NCBI RefSeq assembly: GCF_009914755.1
Contig: NC_060934.1
Reading direction: 5' to 3' (one strand)
Length of the DNA: 64,000 bases
DNA from: the human T2T-CHM13v2.0 reference genome, Homo sapiens
This document shows positions 15,805-33,179 of this stretch, one piece after another (positions within the stretch are counted from its first letter, which is position 1; the number at the start of each line of letters is the position of its first letter). The notes beneath the pieces were generated by a model. That model had not been told where the DNA came from. It made no database searches and worked only from the letters and a program-made list of their open reading frames with translations. The translations under genes and the position numbers were made by a program.

Positions 15805-16736
15805 TGATTTTGAAACCTTTAATATTTAGACTATTTTATTACTATAATAGGCTATCTTAATTCTTAGTTCTCCTTCTTAAAGCTCACATTGTGTCTCTAG
15901 AATTTAACTGGCCCAGAAAGTTAACTGTCAAAGCCATTGACTTATTGGAGACATGTTTAATTCTGTTTTAAAGCAGGTATCAGTTAACACCTCTGTCCTG
16001 AGACTGGTAGAAACAATAATGGATCCGGTGGAAATCAGCAAATAGATGAATAGGAATTTTGACCTATGTGAGCAGTGTTATTACTATTAAAAATAATAAA
16101 CATGACCCAGAGAAGCACTGCAGCAGTTCCTCAAGGCCTTTGCCATCAGATCACTTAAATGACTCTGAACACTGTGGGAAAGATCAGGTCAGCTTTGGTC
16201 AGAGATTAGGATTTTGAGCCTCTTTTCAGGACGGCATTAGCTGACCCTATTAGGATGTTTAATTCTGCTCTTTGAAAAACCACTTTTAGAGATTTTTACT
16301 GCACATGTGAGAGCCAAGGAGGAATGTATTTATGCTTTACTGAGGATCTGCATTTGCCCAAAAGATTTAAACATTCATAAATCCAACTGCCTTCTCAATG
16401 CCTCACCTTGGCTTTTTTTGTTCAACAAGATTTCAGTACCAACTTTTGTACTAAATGCTGTTTTGTGCATGGGGAATATGGCACAGAACAACACAGACAA
16501 AGCTCCTGCCCCACTGAGCTTACATTCTAGTCATGTCTAAAAGACATCTCAAATATGGCCAAAATAGAATTAACTTCTCCCTCCACACCATTCACATACC
16601 ATCCAGGACCTTCCCCCCTCACCCAGTGCTGCTGCCCTCCCCATCTCACTTAGCAGCTTCAGTGTCAACTGAAGTGTTCAGGCCATCAACCAGAGTTTGA
16701 TTGATTTACTCTTTCCTCAAACCCTGACATCTAAAC

Positions 16737-17148
16737 TGTACTAGGCTATTCTTGCATTGCTATAGAGAGATACCTGAGGCTGGGTAATGTATGAAGAAAA
16801 GAGGTTTAATTGGCTCATGCTTCTACAGGCTTTACAGGAAATGTGGTGCTGGCATCCACTTCTGGTGAGGCCTCGGAGCTTTTACTCATGGCGGGAGGTG
16901 AAACAGGAGGAGGCACGTCATGGGGCAAGAATGAGAGCAAGAGAGAGAAAAGGGGGATGTCCCAGACTCTTAAAACAACCAGATCTTGAGTGAACTAAAT
17001 GAGTGAGAACTTACTCATCACCAAGGGGATGGCACTAAGCTATTCATAAGGGATCCACCCCATGATCCAGCACCTCCCACGAGGCCCCAACATTGGGGAT
17101 CACATTTCAACATGAGATTTGAACAGGGCAAACATCCAAACCATAGCA
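16737..17148 (-). mobile_element. MaLR solo LTR (MST family) inserted in an L2
   Basis: TGTACTAGGC...CAAACCATAGCA termini with exact 5-bp TSD taaac (16732-16736 and 17149-17153). Confidence 0.9.
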
Positions 17149-17451
17149 TAAACTATCAGCAAGTTTCATTTGCATTACTTGCAAAATACCCCCTGAATTG
17201 GCCTATTCCTTAGTATTTCATCTGCTAAGCTAGGTTGAAACCAGCCATCATTGCACTTATCTCCAGCACTGCTTTCATGCTGACAAATGCTATAATCCAT
17301 TCTCCACCCAACAATCGGGGTGATCATTTATAAGCATAAAGGTAACTCCCCTGCTAAGTGTCCCTTCAACGGCCCCCCTTTGCGTTTGAAATAAAATCCA
17401 AGATAACAAGACCCTGCATGGTTTTGCTCCTGCCTACTTCTCCAACTTAAC

Positions 17452-17800
<349 letters not shown>

Positions 17801-18344
17801 TAGCCACACAACCTTTCATTCTGTTCCCTGGACATGCCAAGTTAGTTTTCTGTACATAGCCTCTGCAGTTGTTGTTGCCTCTGCAAAAGACCTTCTTTCT
17901 CAGACCATATCACAGCTACTGCCTTCCCTTGGTCATGTCTTAGCTCAAGAGCCAGGGAACTTGACTTGCTTATTTTTTTTTTTCTATCTCCTTAGGCTAG
18001 AAACTTTTCTAACTTGTTCATTGCTATATCTCTGGTTTTTATGCATGGTACCATCTATATAGTAGATGTGTAATAGTATTTTATGAATAATGCTAATTAG
18101 TGTAAATAATTATCCTATTAGGTACTGTTAGAAATACAAAGAAAAGCAAGACATGGGTCATTTTGTTCGAGGAATTTACAATCTAGTTCAAGGCATACAA
18201 GACATAAAATAATGAATAAATATACACAAAAGGGGATAAAGCAATGCCAGGCATGAACTATTGTGTAAGAGATCATGGTTAGAGAAGTGCCATGAGTTAG
18301 TAGAAAGAGGAAAGAGTATAATTCCATCATTAAGTTTGGGCATA

Positions 18345-18710
<366 letters not shown>

Positions 18711-20267
18711 TTAGCTTCATATTTCTCATCTATGAAGTGGGATAATTTAATTAATTTCACATGGTTATGGGGACACTTAAACAAGATAACATATATAAAA
18801 TCAAGTACAGGATAGGTTCTCAATAAATGGTAACTAGTGTGATTTGTGCAGAATGAGAGATAAAGACTGTGCATGCCATGAGATTTGAAGAGGGAGATCA
18901 CACAGGCACATCTCCATTGAGGATGACCAAAGGCTTCAGAGCTTTGGAGATTGGGAAGGCTTTTGTCAGGCACAGCTCTGAACTTTCACACTGATGAAGT
19001 TTTGGAGGTAATGTGGACTCATGTCATTCACCAAATGTAAGAATCCCTTCCTTGCAGCTTCTTGCCCAGCTTTTGCTAAAAACTTTTGAAGACGGACTTC
19101 GCTCCATTTCAACAAACTCATTGTGAGGATGCGGCTCGATTTGTTTTAACAGTCTTCCTTAAAACAGGCGGAATTCTTTCTCCTTACAAATTCCACTTGT
19201 CAGTCCCCAGGAGGAATAGTAAAAATTATATCTTCCTTTGGTTTGGTTCTCTTGAGGCTGGACATTCCCCATATCTTCAGAACTTACATCATCTGGCAAA
19301 AGGTAAAAATGGGGCTTCCTCATCTGTTCTGAACAGTGAGTCTCTTCCTTCTCTCAATTGGGTAATTCTCCGCTCTTAATTCCTGCTAAATTAATTGCTT
19401 TTCTCTATTAGCTCTAATTATTAGCCTGGTTGATGATCAACTAAAACTGCTAGACTTTTATCATATAAACAGCCATCAAGCTCATCATTTCTCTGCATAG
19501 GTTGTTTCATTTATTATTTTCTCACATGGGCACAGTATTTTATATTTAAGTCTACTACATTTTAATTTTGGGGCATTCAGGCCTATCAAAATAATTTTGA
19601 ATCTTAATTCAGCTCTGTATTGAATTAACTAACACTCTAGATTTTTTCATATTCAGATTTGATAAATATGTGCCATGTATATTTGTTCAAATTGTTGGTA
19701 AAAATGTCAAATCTAATAGGAATTAATAGAAAGCCTTATGGCATGTCACTAGAGACTATTCATCGGGTTGGCCTAACAGAACATTTTTTCAACTGGATGT
19801 GAATCTCCTTAACTCTACAATCATCCAACAAATGTTTCTCCATTTTGTGTCTCCTCTGTGAAACCTCTTCCTAAAACCAAGATACATAGTTGATATGCAA
19901 GTCAAATTATCTTATCAAAAGGGAAAAAAACTTAATTTGACAATTAGCTACTTGAGGACATCTAATTTCTCTCGCATTCGTTGATATGATGATAATGATG
20001 GAGAGAGTGATGATGAAGCTGCTGTGAATCCTGTGCCTTGCACTGGGCACTGAGCCAAACACTTTACAACCCTAATCTCATTTAGCTTTTACACAACCCT
20101 GAAAGGTGGGAGCCATGGCTTTATTTTACAAATAACAAAACTGAGAGAGAGGCTACAGATAAATTAAGACATGGGGCTAAAAAAATGATAATAATTAATA
20201 AGTAATGAAAGGCTACAGAATTTGCCCAATATCACATAGGTTGAAAGTGGCTAAGCCAAGATGAAAC

Positions 20268-20272
<5 letters not shown>

Positions 20273-20306
<34 letters not shown>
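20273..20306. repeat. (TG)n microsatellite
   Basis: Read directly. Confidence 0.95.
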
Positions 20307-20310
<4 letters not shown>

Positions 20311-21554
20311 TGCACACACATTACTGCATCTAGTTGCAATATAAATACTTGTAATAGGAAATATCATGAATAAAGAAACATGGGCATTAAATTCTGGTTT
20401 GTTGGAAGGGAGTTTAGGGGTAACCAAGTGAGGGCAGGGCAGTATCTCCCAACATGATATGGGATGTCAGTATTCATTCCGTGTAAAAACAGTGCCCCAT
20501 CATCTAACACATAAGCCACATGCTAGGAAAGCAATGATAAGTAAGTTGTTTGTTTCACTGCAGGACTTCTCATGGACTTATGCTGAGGTACATGGTGACT
20601 CCCTCAGAATGAGTATTTCATAAAAATACTTGGGTACTGGATACCCGATGGCTCGGTACCCATTACAGAGTGTGCTTTTGGAAACTGTAGTAGAGGAGGT
20701 GGGTCTGGGCCTTAATGCCTCAGCCTCCCCAAGCAGCTTGGCCACAGATTCCTCAAGGGCCAGGGAAGGAGCAGGGAAAGAATGAGGACTCAGCCGCAGG
20801 TCAAAGCAGTACAGATGCTGTGGGTGATGAGTCTGGATCCCTCCTGCCCTGGCACATGGACTTACAAGGTGAAATCTTAATCCCACGATTCAGATTCCAT
20901 AAGCCTCACGCGAACACAAGTTTCATTCCTTTTCATCACACCTCATACTTTGAAAGTTAGACAGACACTAAAGTTGTATGTAAATCATTAGGGTGGAAAA
21001 CATGCCGGACTGGCCCTAGACAAAAATCCAGCCAAGAAGTTTGTTGACATTTCCAGCCCCTACAACCCCCTCTTCTTTTCTCCATCTCACTGCCCTGGTC
21101 CCTAGGTACGCACAGCTACCATGGAACCCACTTGCCCCCTTCCCTAGGTACTCACAGCTACCATGAGGTCCCAGTTCCCTTAAATCACATCCTCCCACCC
21201 CCCAGCACCATAATTCATGTTATAGTGGTCTTGTTATAAGTCATTTTGTAATTTGTAAAATATTCTCCTCAATGAAAAGTAAAATTTGTCTTGTATTTGT
21301 GATAGTTCTCTATTTGGGTCAATCAAGTGTACAAATGCAACAAATATTCCCTATAAGTAGAGAGAATAAAAAACCTGTATATTTATAGTCCTTTAATAAT
21401 TCCTAAGAAGTTCTCTGTTGCTGTATAAAATATGTTTTCTTAATTTTTAGCTATGGAAACCAACAACCAATCTTAGGGAAAAAATTTGAAGTATACTTAA
21501 ATTTAAACCATTTGTCAACTAATGTGCACATTTACACCACAGCTTTACACTTAA

Positions 21555-22043
<489 letters not shown>

Positions 22044-22365
22044 TGATAGACATTCCTAGAGTAGTTTTTCTTAAGAATTGTTCTACAGAACCCTGGTTTC
22101 TCAATATGCTCAGTAGGAGAAAGTAAAAAAAAAAAAAAAAAAAAAAAAATTTGTGGTCCAGTGAATTTCAAATACCCTTTTGCAGCTCTTTCCACTTGTG
22201 TATTGATAGTCGCCATGCATGTTAGTATACTGAAGGCTGAAGAAGTCCAGTCATAAAGACACTTTTAACTCACCAGCATTTCTCAAATATACTTAACCTG
22301 GAACTTTATTTTCCTAATCTTTCTCCAATTTTCCAAAACACACCACTCTTGAAACTACTAAAGAC

Positions 22366-22470
22366 TATATATAGACATAGATATATAATATTAATATAGT
22401 CCATATTTAATATATATTATATAATATATAGTACACATACATATAATATAGATATTAAATATATATAAAG
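22366..22470. repeat. AT-rich low-complexity tract
   Basis: Degenerate (TA)n. Confidence 0.8.
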
Positions 22471-23144
22471 GAAAAAAGATTCACCTGTGAAATATTTAAA
22501 TTACCTGGCAGTTGACATACATTCTAGTATCCCTTCCCTCCTCTCCCCACAAGATGAGGACCCCAGGCAAGTGAGGGCTGGACAGTTCTAAGGTGGATCA
22601 AATAAATGAATAAAAAGATATAGATGCCAGGAAGATGTCTCAAGTGAGAGACCCAGCTTGCTCAAACATATTCTGGGCAGGATCATGCATGATGGACTGA
22701 AGACCTGGGTGCAGGAAGATCCATCAGGAGAGAGTTGCAGTAAACAACAGAAGATGACAAGGGGCCTGATTTAGGATGACAGTGAGAATATAAGGGAAAA
22801 GTGGCTCCCAGATGCCTAGAAGAAAGAGTCCCAGTAATTCAGTGACTGTTCACATAGGGAGGCTGAAGGAGAGGGAGGGGTCAAGACTGAATTCAGGCTT
22901 TCCAAGCGTGGCTTTCGGAATAAGTGGAGCACCCATGACATCATTTTGGGTTACAAAGACCAGCCAAAGAGGTCAAGAGCATGTGCTTTAATTCATACAC
23001 TCAAAGGTTCAAATCCTAACCCTGTTACTTATTAGCAGTGTATTTGGCCAAATTACTTCCCTGAGCCTATTTCTGCAATTATAAAAGGGGACTAAGAGTA
23101 GTTTCTTCATAGATTCTTGTAAAGGTTTAGAAAGAATGTATCCA

Positions 23145-23425
23145 AGCCGAGTGCAGTGGCTCATGCCTATAATCCCAATGGGTGGATTGCTTGAGCTCAC
23201 AAGTTCGAGACCAGCCTGGGCAACATGGTGAAACCCCATCTATAAAAAAATACAGAAGTTACAGGCGTGGTAGTGCCCCCCTGTGATCCCAGCTACTCAG
23301 GAGGCTGAGGTGGGAGGATGGCTTGTGCCCAGGAGGCAGAGGTTGCAGTGAGCCAAGATGGCGCTACTGTACTCCAGTCTGGCTGATAGAGCCCAACGTT
23401 GTCTCAAAATTAAATTAATTAATTA
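23145..23425 (+). mobile_element. Alu (J-type) with left-arm deletion
   Basis: Alu consensus lacking the GCACTTTGGGAGGCCGAG segment. Confidence 0.9.
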
Positions 23426-23452
23426 CGTTTTTTTAAAAAGATAATGAATCCT

Positions 23453-23751
<299 letters not shown>

Positions 23752-24485
23752 AAAGATAATGAATCCTTAGCTCAGGATAGTGCCTGGCACATAGTAGGTG
23801 TTCAACAAGTGCTAATTGCTATCTCCATTGTGACTATTATCATCATCATCGTCATCATCTTGTGAAGAAATATCTAGTTTGGTACATGTTGGTTCTAGGA
23901 TGAGAGTAAAGTATGATCTTTAAATGGATGCCTACTAGGCAGTGCAAGGCGGGAGCATGGAGCTCGTGTGCTAGATTGGTGATGCAGATACAGTTTTGGA
24001 ATAATTGTTATAGAAGGGATGAGCGAGCCATGAGAATCTGTCTTCTAAGACATAAAGTGGGAGAGAGATCACAGGCTTCAAGGATCAAGCTTTGGTAACA
24101 CCCCCTGACATGGCAGATCATAAAAGGATCCAGTGAGAAGGATCATGTGGGCATCACAAGAGAATCAGGCAAGTGTGGGTGATGAGAAATTAAGGGGCCC
24201 CAGCCTCATAGGGTGACTAAAAGAAAAAAGAAAAACCAATGGGGAAAAATTTTAAAGATGATTATCATATTACCCTGAGCCAGGGAAGCTGAGAAGTACA
24301 TTAACAGAGCATTCAGAATGGCACAATGGCAAACATTGTGGAATGGCATAACATTACTCTCCTCTCCCTAAAGTGGGCACACTTGAATTGACATTTGCAG
24401 GAGAATTTCACTAGAGCAGAGAGGACCCCCCCTGCCCCAAACAGAAAAACCATGTTGTACAACAGTAGTTAAAGAAATTTGGGCT

Positions 24486-24777
24486 GGACGGGCACAGGGG
24501 CTCATGTCTGTGATCCCAGCACTTTGGGAGGCCAAGGCAGGAGGATCACTTGTGTCCAGGAGTTTGAGACGAGCCTGGGCGACATAGCGAGACCCGGTCT
24601 CTACAAATAATAAAAAATTACCCAGGTGTGGGGTACGTGCCTGTAGTCCCAGCTATTCAGGGAGCCTGAGGTGGGAGGATCACTTGAGTGCGGGAGGTTG
24701 AGTCTGCAGTGAGCTGAGTTCGTGCCACTGCATTCCAGCCTGGGGAACAGAGTGAGACCCTTTCTCAGAAAAAAAAA
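24486..24777 (+). mobile_element. Alu (J-type)
   Basis: Dimeric Alu. Confidence 0.93.
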
Positions 24778-25150
24778 GTGGGGGATAAGGAAAAAAAGAA
24801 ACTTGGACTTCCTACACAGGAGACTTCCAAGATGGTCAAGACAGGTACATTTCAATATTTTAAGGGTTGCCATAAAGATGAAGTTGAGTTATTTGTTGTG
24901 TCTTTAGTAGGCAGAGCTAGGTCCAGTTATTTCATCTCAGCCTTAGAAAAGGCTGCCTGTTGAAGTAGTGAGTTTCTTATAACTGGAGAAATTTCACACA
25001 GAGCCTGGCTGCCCAGCTGCAAAGCTGGGAAGAAACCCCTGGTTTTAGCTGAGAGGATGACCTACATCAAACCAAATCCTTCCCATCTCCTGTTTTTGCA
25101 CATCCTGTGAGCTAATAATGTTTTTTACATTTTTAACAATTTTTAAAAAT

Positions 25151-25964
25151 TTAATTGTAAATTGACATAATTATATATATATGGAGTGCAAAGTGATGTT
25201 ATGATAGATGTGAACGATGAGGAATGATTAAATCAAGCTAATTAACATGTCCGTCACCTCAAATGCTTATCACTTTTATGGTGAGAACTTTTTAAAGTGT
25301 ATTTTGTTTTTATAATTTCAACTTTTATTTTAAATTCAGTGGATGTATGTGCAGGTTTGTTTCATGGGTATGCTGTATGACACTTGAGGTTTGGGGTACG
25401 AATGATCCTGTCACCCAGGTAGTGAGCATAGTACCCAATAGGTAGTTTTTCAGCCTTTGCCCACCTCCCTCTCTTCCCCCTCTAGTAGTTTCCAATGTCT
25501 ACTGTTGCCATCTTTATGTCCATGTGTACCCAGTGTTTAGCTCCCACTTTTAAGTGAGAACATGCAGTATTTGGTTTTCTGTTCCTGCATTAATTCACTT
25601 AGGACAATAGCCTTTAGCTGCATCTATGTTGCTGCAGAGGACATGATTTCATTCTTTTTTATGGCTGTGTAGTATTCCATGGTATATACGTATATCCAAT
25701 CCACCATTGATGGGCACCTAGCTTGATTCCATGTTTTCCTATTGTAAATAGTGCTGCAATTAACATGCAAGTGCATGTGTCTTTTTGGTAGAACGATTTC
25801 TTTTTCTTTGGGTATATACCCAGCAATGAGATTGCTGGGTCGAATAGTAGTTCTATTTTAAGTTCTTTGAGAAGTCTCTAAACTACTTTTCACAGTGGCT
25901 GAACTAATTTACATTCTCACCAACAATGCAGTGTTCCCTTTTCTCCATAGCCTCACAAGCATCT
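25151..25964 (-). mobile_element. Composite L1: L1MA-like 3' end (~25151-25300) plus older L1PA-like 3' region (~25301-25964)
   Basis: Two successive antisense L1 3' termini; flanked by duplicated catttttaacaatttt(t)aaaaat. Confidence 0.8.
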
Positions 25965-25988
25965 CATTTTTAACAATTTTAAAAATCA

Positions 25989-26035
25989 GTCTACGGCCAT
26001 CCCATCTGGAACGCACCCTCTCTCTGATCTTGGAA
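25989..26035 (+). pseudogene. 5S rRNA 5' fragment (3'-truncated retrocopy)
   Basis: GTCTACGGCCATCCCATCTGGAACGCACCCTCTCTCTGATCTTGGAA aligns with 5S rRNA nt 1-50 (GTCTACGGCCATACCACCCTGAACGCGCCCGATCTCGTCTGATCTCGGAA). Confidence 0.85.
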
Positions 26036-29000
26036 AAACTAAAAGGATACTATTTTGCGATAGGTGAAAATTATATGAAGCTCAAATTTCAGTGTCCATA
26101 AATACAATTTTATTATAGCACAGCTATGCTCATTTATATGTTGGCTACAGCTGCTTTTGTGCTACAGTGTCAGGGCTGAGTAGTTGCAACAAAGATCAAA
26201 TGGCTCACAAAGGCTAAAATACTTATCATCTGGCCCTTTACAGAAAAAGTTTGCCAACTCCTGATTAAGATCTTCCAATGGCCTTTTTTGAACTGGAAGA
26301 TTCTGTGAGGAAGAAAAGTTTTAGCCTGAGATTTGGATAGGAGGTCATGGATCACTTGGAGACCGCCAACACAATAGCCTGCAGGGATGGGAAACTAGGG
26401 TGCAGTGGTGAGAAAATGTAGGTAATGGATTAGGTAATGCCTATTGGAGAAGACTCACAGCAAACAAAGGTGAAAGCCTGGATGGTGAAAGCCACCATCC
26501 TCAGACCAGCACAGTATGGGGAGATATTTTGGGGGATAGGATGACATGTAGAAGTTTGTGGCAGAAGGGATATATAAAAGCTTTTCTTGTGTTTGATGAA
26601 CACAGTGGTGTACTTAGTATCTGCTTTATTTTACAGCATGGTTTAATATATCTCTTGTCATATCTCTCAGCAAGAGGGGATTTTCTGAATGTTCTTGTTT
26701 ATACAATGTGCAGAAAATTTTTGCACAGAGAGTCATGCTTTTGTTGGCAAAAGAAAGTGAGCACTTGCTGATTTTCTGGCAATCCTAACAAAAATACTGA
26801 GGTGTATTTATACTCTGGGGGCCAAAACGAATTTCAAAATGACAGTGCTTAGCTCTGTAACCATCCCAGCTTTCCTCTTCTGCCTCCACGGGGTTTAACA
26901 ACTTTGTCAAATCCCTTCCTCTGAAATCCACTTCTGCAAGTAAGTTGAAACAAATTCGCTCTACTGTCATATAAACACCAGGCGGGCTTCCCTGCTGGGT
27001 GCTCAATAGCTTGGTCACCAACCAATGGATGAGATAAGCAGGCTAAAGTCACAGAAAGTGTAGAATGAAATTGTCTTTTTTTAAAGCATTTTTTTATTAC
27101 ATTTTACAGTGTGATTTCTTTATTAACATCTCTTAACAGTTAAAAGATGTTTACTTCACACTGTTTTAAAGTATAATGATATTCAAGTGGGATTTCAAAC
27201 TAGATGCAGAAACTTAGTTACTGTTCTTATTCCAAACAAGGCAAGATGCCTATTAGGGAGTCAGATACAAGTGACTTTTTGTTATCTGTGCCAATGAGAG
27301 AACCAGATATCCTGCTAATAAAAATCCACCCAGAACCAAATTTCTTAATTTGCCTAGTTTCTGCCATCCTTTTCGTGGGGAATTACACAACAACTATTAA
27401 CAAATGGTTACATTCATTCATTTGCTTTTCACATTCATTTTTTGTCCCTATGGTAATACTAAGAGACAGCCCTCTGTTCTTAATTTTTTAGTTGCTCTTC
27501 ACTGCTGACCAAGAGGTGTCCAGGCATTTTAACCACATTCAAGGCTTGTCTCTGCAATGTAGCTGTCCTGTTTTCTCCCCATTAATCACTTCATGCCCCT
27601 TTTACATCTGTCTACCCGGATGACTCACTGTTGGATTGTACAGGAAGAGGCAAAGACTCTGCACAATTCCAGAGGGCACTGTTCACTTAGTGCACAAGAC
27701 AGTAGCCCTGGGTAAGAGCCCTGGCTCAGATTTGAATTCAGATCCAAGGCTCACCACTTACTTTCAGTGTGACTCCAGGCAAGTTTCCTAACTATTGTAT
27801 TCTTCAGTCTCTTCATCTGTAAAGTGGTGCTTATAACATTGATCTAATATGTAGGGATGTTGCAAGAATTAAAAGAGAATTTGAGGAAATGTGTTTACCA
27901 AGGTGATTGACCCTGAATCAAGCACTCAATAACTAATGATGATGATGATAATTCTAGACAGCTAATAGCTTGTAATGATTTACTTTTAGAACAGATAAGA
28001 AAATTTTCCTTGCTTCCAATACTATCATATTTTAAACTCCATTTAGAGGCTACCAAGAAGTTTGGGGGAAACAGGGGCCACCATTTTGAACTCCTTGATG
28101 ATTACAAAGGTGGTAGATAGTAGTGCTGATATTAGGGTTGGTTCTACTGTCTTTATCTGGATTCATAGAATATAGGAACTTTATCTAAAGTAAAGTTTTC
28201 TCAACACTCTTTGGCCCAGAATGTTAAAGAAAAAAACGTTGTATCCACATTTAATATGATTTGAAACTTCAAAATAGATTTGCTAGCATGAATAAAACCA
28301 TTTATAACGCTGAATATATACTTCAGAAACATAGCATGTTCTCCCCTCCTCTAGCTACCCTGCTCTAACCCTGTCCAAGACTGTCATCATCTCCTCCCAA
28401 GCTGAGAGTCACTGCCTTAGAGAGAAAGGGCAATGGGCTGGTCCGGATTTCTAATAGGGCTCTTCCAGTTCTAGGAGTTTGTGATTTGGGGACTAAGTGC
28501 CTAAACCCTGGAGAGCCAAGCCTTCTCCAAACAAGAAAGAAGTCCCTGTGTAAAGAGACATGAGAAATGAAATAGAAGCAGAAGTTTGGATCTAGGAATG
28601 TCACCCTAAGAATTAGGGGCTCCTTTTTTTTTTAAGAGGAATGATATGACACAACTCATGTTGTAGGAGGATAACACTTCACTTGGTGATTTCCTTTCTC
28701 TGGGATGTTGAAACTAATAGAAAAAGATCATGACATTCATGTAACTCCCTGAAGATTTTGAAGACTTCTTTCTTAGAAATCCTTAAGAAAGCAATACATA
28801 CCCACCTGCTTGCAATAGTTTTAGGACTATTAGATGATGCTAATCATTATCTCTAATAGTTAAATAACTCTGGATATGAAATCCTGACTTTTGGGAATTT
28901 CTTTGATATCTGTACTATACATCTAAAAAAGGTCAGGGAAACTTTGAACAGGATTATGAGTCTAGGCCTTTTGTTCTGTCTCTAGCCAGCTGTGTCATAT

Positions 29001-29619
29001 TGATCAAATCTTTTAGCCCCTCTGAACATCAGTTTCTGCCCCATAAGATAAAGAATTAGGCCAGATGATATCTAATGCTTCTTAGAATTTAGACTCTAGA
29101 GTTTGAACTCTCAGAGTTTGAATCCCAGCCACATTGTTTATATGATCTACAAGTTACTAAGTCTTTCTAAGCCTTCCTTTGCCAGCCTGTCAAATGAGGA
29201 TAATAATTCCTTCTAGTTAGGGTTGTTGTGATCAATAAAAGTCACCTATTGCTATTATAATCTTCTGATACTTAATGTATAAGGTGCATTGTAAGTAATA
29301 CTGAATCCAAACTAACCTATATACACTACCTCCTTGCTATACACCTTCACTCTGGGCTCAGGGGCTTGCCTTCTATAGGGTGAGGGTTACAGTGAGAGTT
29401 TTGCTGTTGCTCTATCCTATATATTATAGCATAAAGTGTTCTCTTCTTCGTTCCTTTGAGATAATGATTTCTTGTCTGATCCACCCTCAGCCTGGTTGTC
29501 ACAGCTGGGTAGTGCCCCCAGAGAAGAAGCAGCTGTAGCCCCAGGAGAAGCTCCGAGGGGAAGAGCCTTTTAAAGTGGAAAAGGAGGATCTATAAGCTAC
29601 CTTTCAGGTGCAAGACTTA

Positions 29620-29775
<156 letters not shown>

Positions 29776-29934
29776 GACTTTGAGAGAGAGGACCCCACTC
29801 AGGTATAATGAGGTGGGACTCACCAGCCCAGAACACCCAATCCCCACCCCTTCTAGAAGTGTTGCTAGAAGTAGAGAAAGCACTCTACTTTCTATACAAC
29901 ATATCTTTTTGGTTTGCCTGTTGCTTTCTGTTTG

Positions 29935-31218
<1,284 letters not shown>

Positions 31219-31549
31219 TTATAGATTGGCTGTTGTCATTCTAAGTCTTTGACTATGAATGTATATGCTAGGTGGGGGAAGTAAGAGCCCACTTCCAAGT
31301 ATGAACAAGAAGAGAGGGATCAGCACTTAGGGTTCCCACTCTGGTCTGGGATTATATGTATAAACAGGATAGAGAGAAAATCAGTTTTTTCCTGAATATG
31401 TGTTCATTCTCAACAGAAGTCTGGACTGGAAGGTAGAAGATCTAGGCTCAATTCCTGCTTCTACTTGGCAAATATGAATAAGTTGCTTAGTAGGTAATTA
31501 GCTTCTTTGAACCTTTCTTTTCATCCTCCCCTTTTCAGTTATCTTCTTT

Positions 31550-32441
<892 letters not shown>

Positions 32442-32470
<29 letters not shown>

Positions 32471-32634
32471 CTTGTCAAAAATCTCAGTTTCTTCATTTGT
32501 AAATGGGACAGAAGTCCCTACCCTACCACTCACTCAGGATTGTTGTAAAGATAGAAACAGAAGTGAGGTGGTATAGCAGAAGTGCTTTGTGAACCATAAA
32601 GTGCTATACCCAAGTAAGAAATGCTGCCACTTAG
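32442..32634 (+). repeat. 193-bp direct repeat, copy 1
   Basis: Matches 34343-34535 with 5 mismatches and no gaps. Confidence 0.95.
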
Positions 32635-33179
32635 TTTGATAGAGATCATGCTCACTTCAATGCAAAACTTGTTTCCCACATGAGCTAGATGTTTCATTTT
32701 TTCCCCTACATCTTGGCAAAATAAGTTATAACAAGTCTTAGACAGCAAAAAGGTTTGTCTTAGATGCATTGTGGAGTTTGTTTTGGCTCCAGTTTTTGAA
32801 CTTTTCACAGAAATGAATAAATGACCAAGATGTAAATCATTAAGCGTGAGTCAGTTTTGTCAAGAAAAATGACCCTGTGTGATGGAAGTCAGCAGGAATG
32901 GAGTCAGCATGACAGACAATGTGACGTGCTGTGGAAGAAATAAAGGCAGCCCTAACCAGGCAGTGTCCCCAGGGTAAGGCGCTGAGGATGACTGCACAGC
33001 AGCAAAGAGGGCTAATATGCTCCACTATGGTGAGTCTGGGAGAGTTGGTGAGAAAACTGACAAAGCACTAATTTCAACTTTTTTCAAATTTGAAAATCAC
33101 TTTTTTCCATGTTAGAAACAAAAAGCTGTAAGAAACAAGCCAAACGTTACCTCCTTAACATCAGAATGGACTAATTCTT

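Larger units (their letters stand above)
25071..26263 (+). mobile_element. MER58B-like hAT-Charlie element interrupted by L1 and 5S insertions
   Basis: 5' part CCAAATCC...GAGCTAATAATGTTTTTTACATTTTTAA; 3' part ...TGGCCCTTTACAGAAAAAGTTTGCCAACTCCTG. Confidence 0.75.

Noticed and set aside
21099-21165. Repeat-spacer-repeat pattern resembling CRISPR
   Set aside because: Only two copies, eukaryotic intron, no cas genes.
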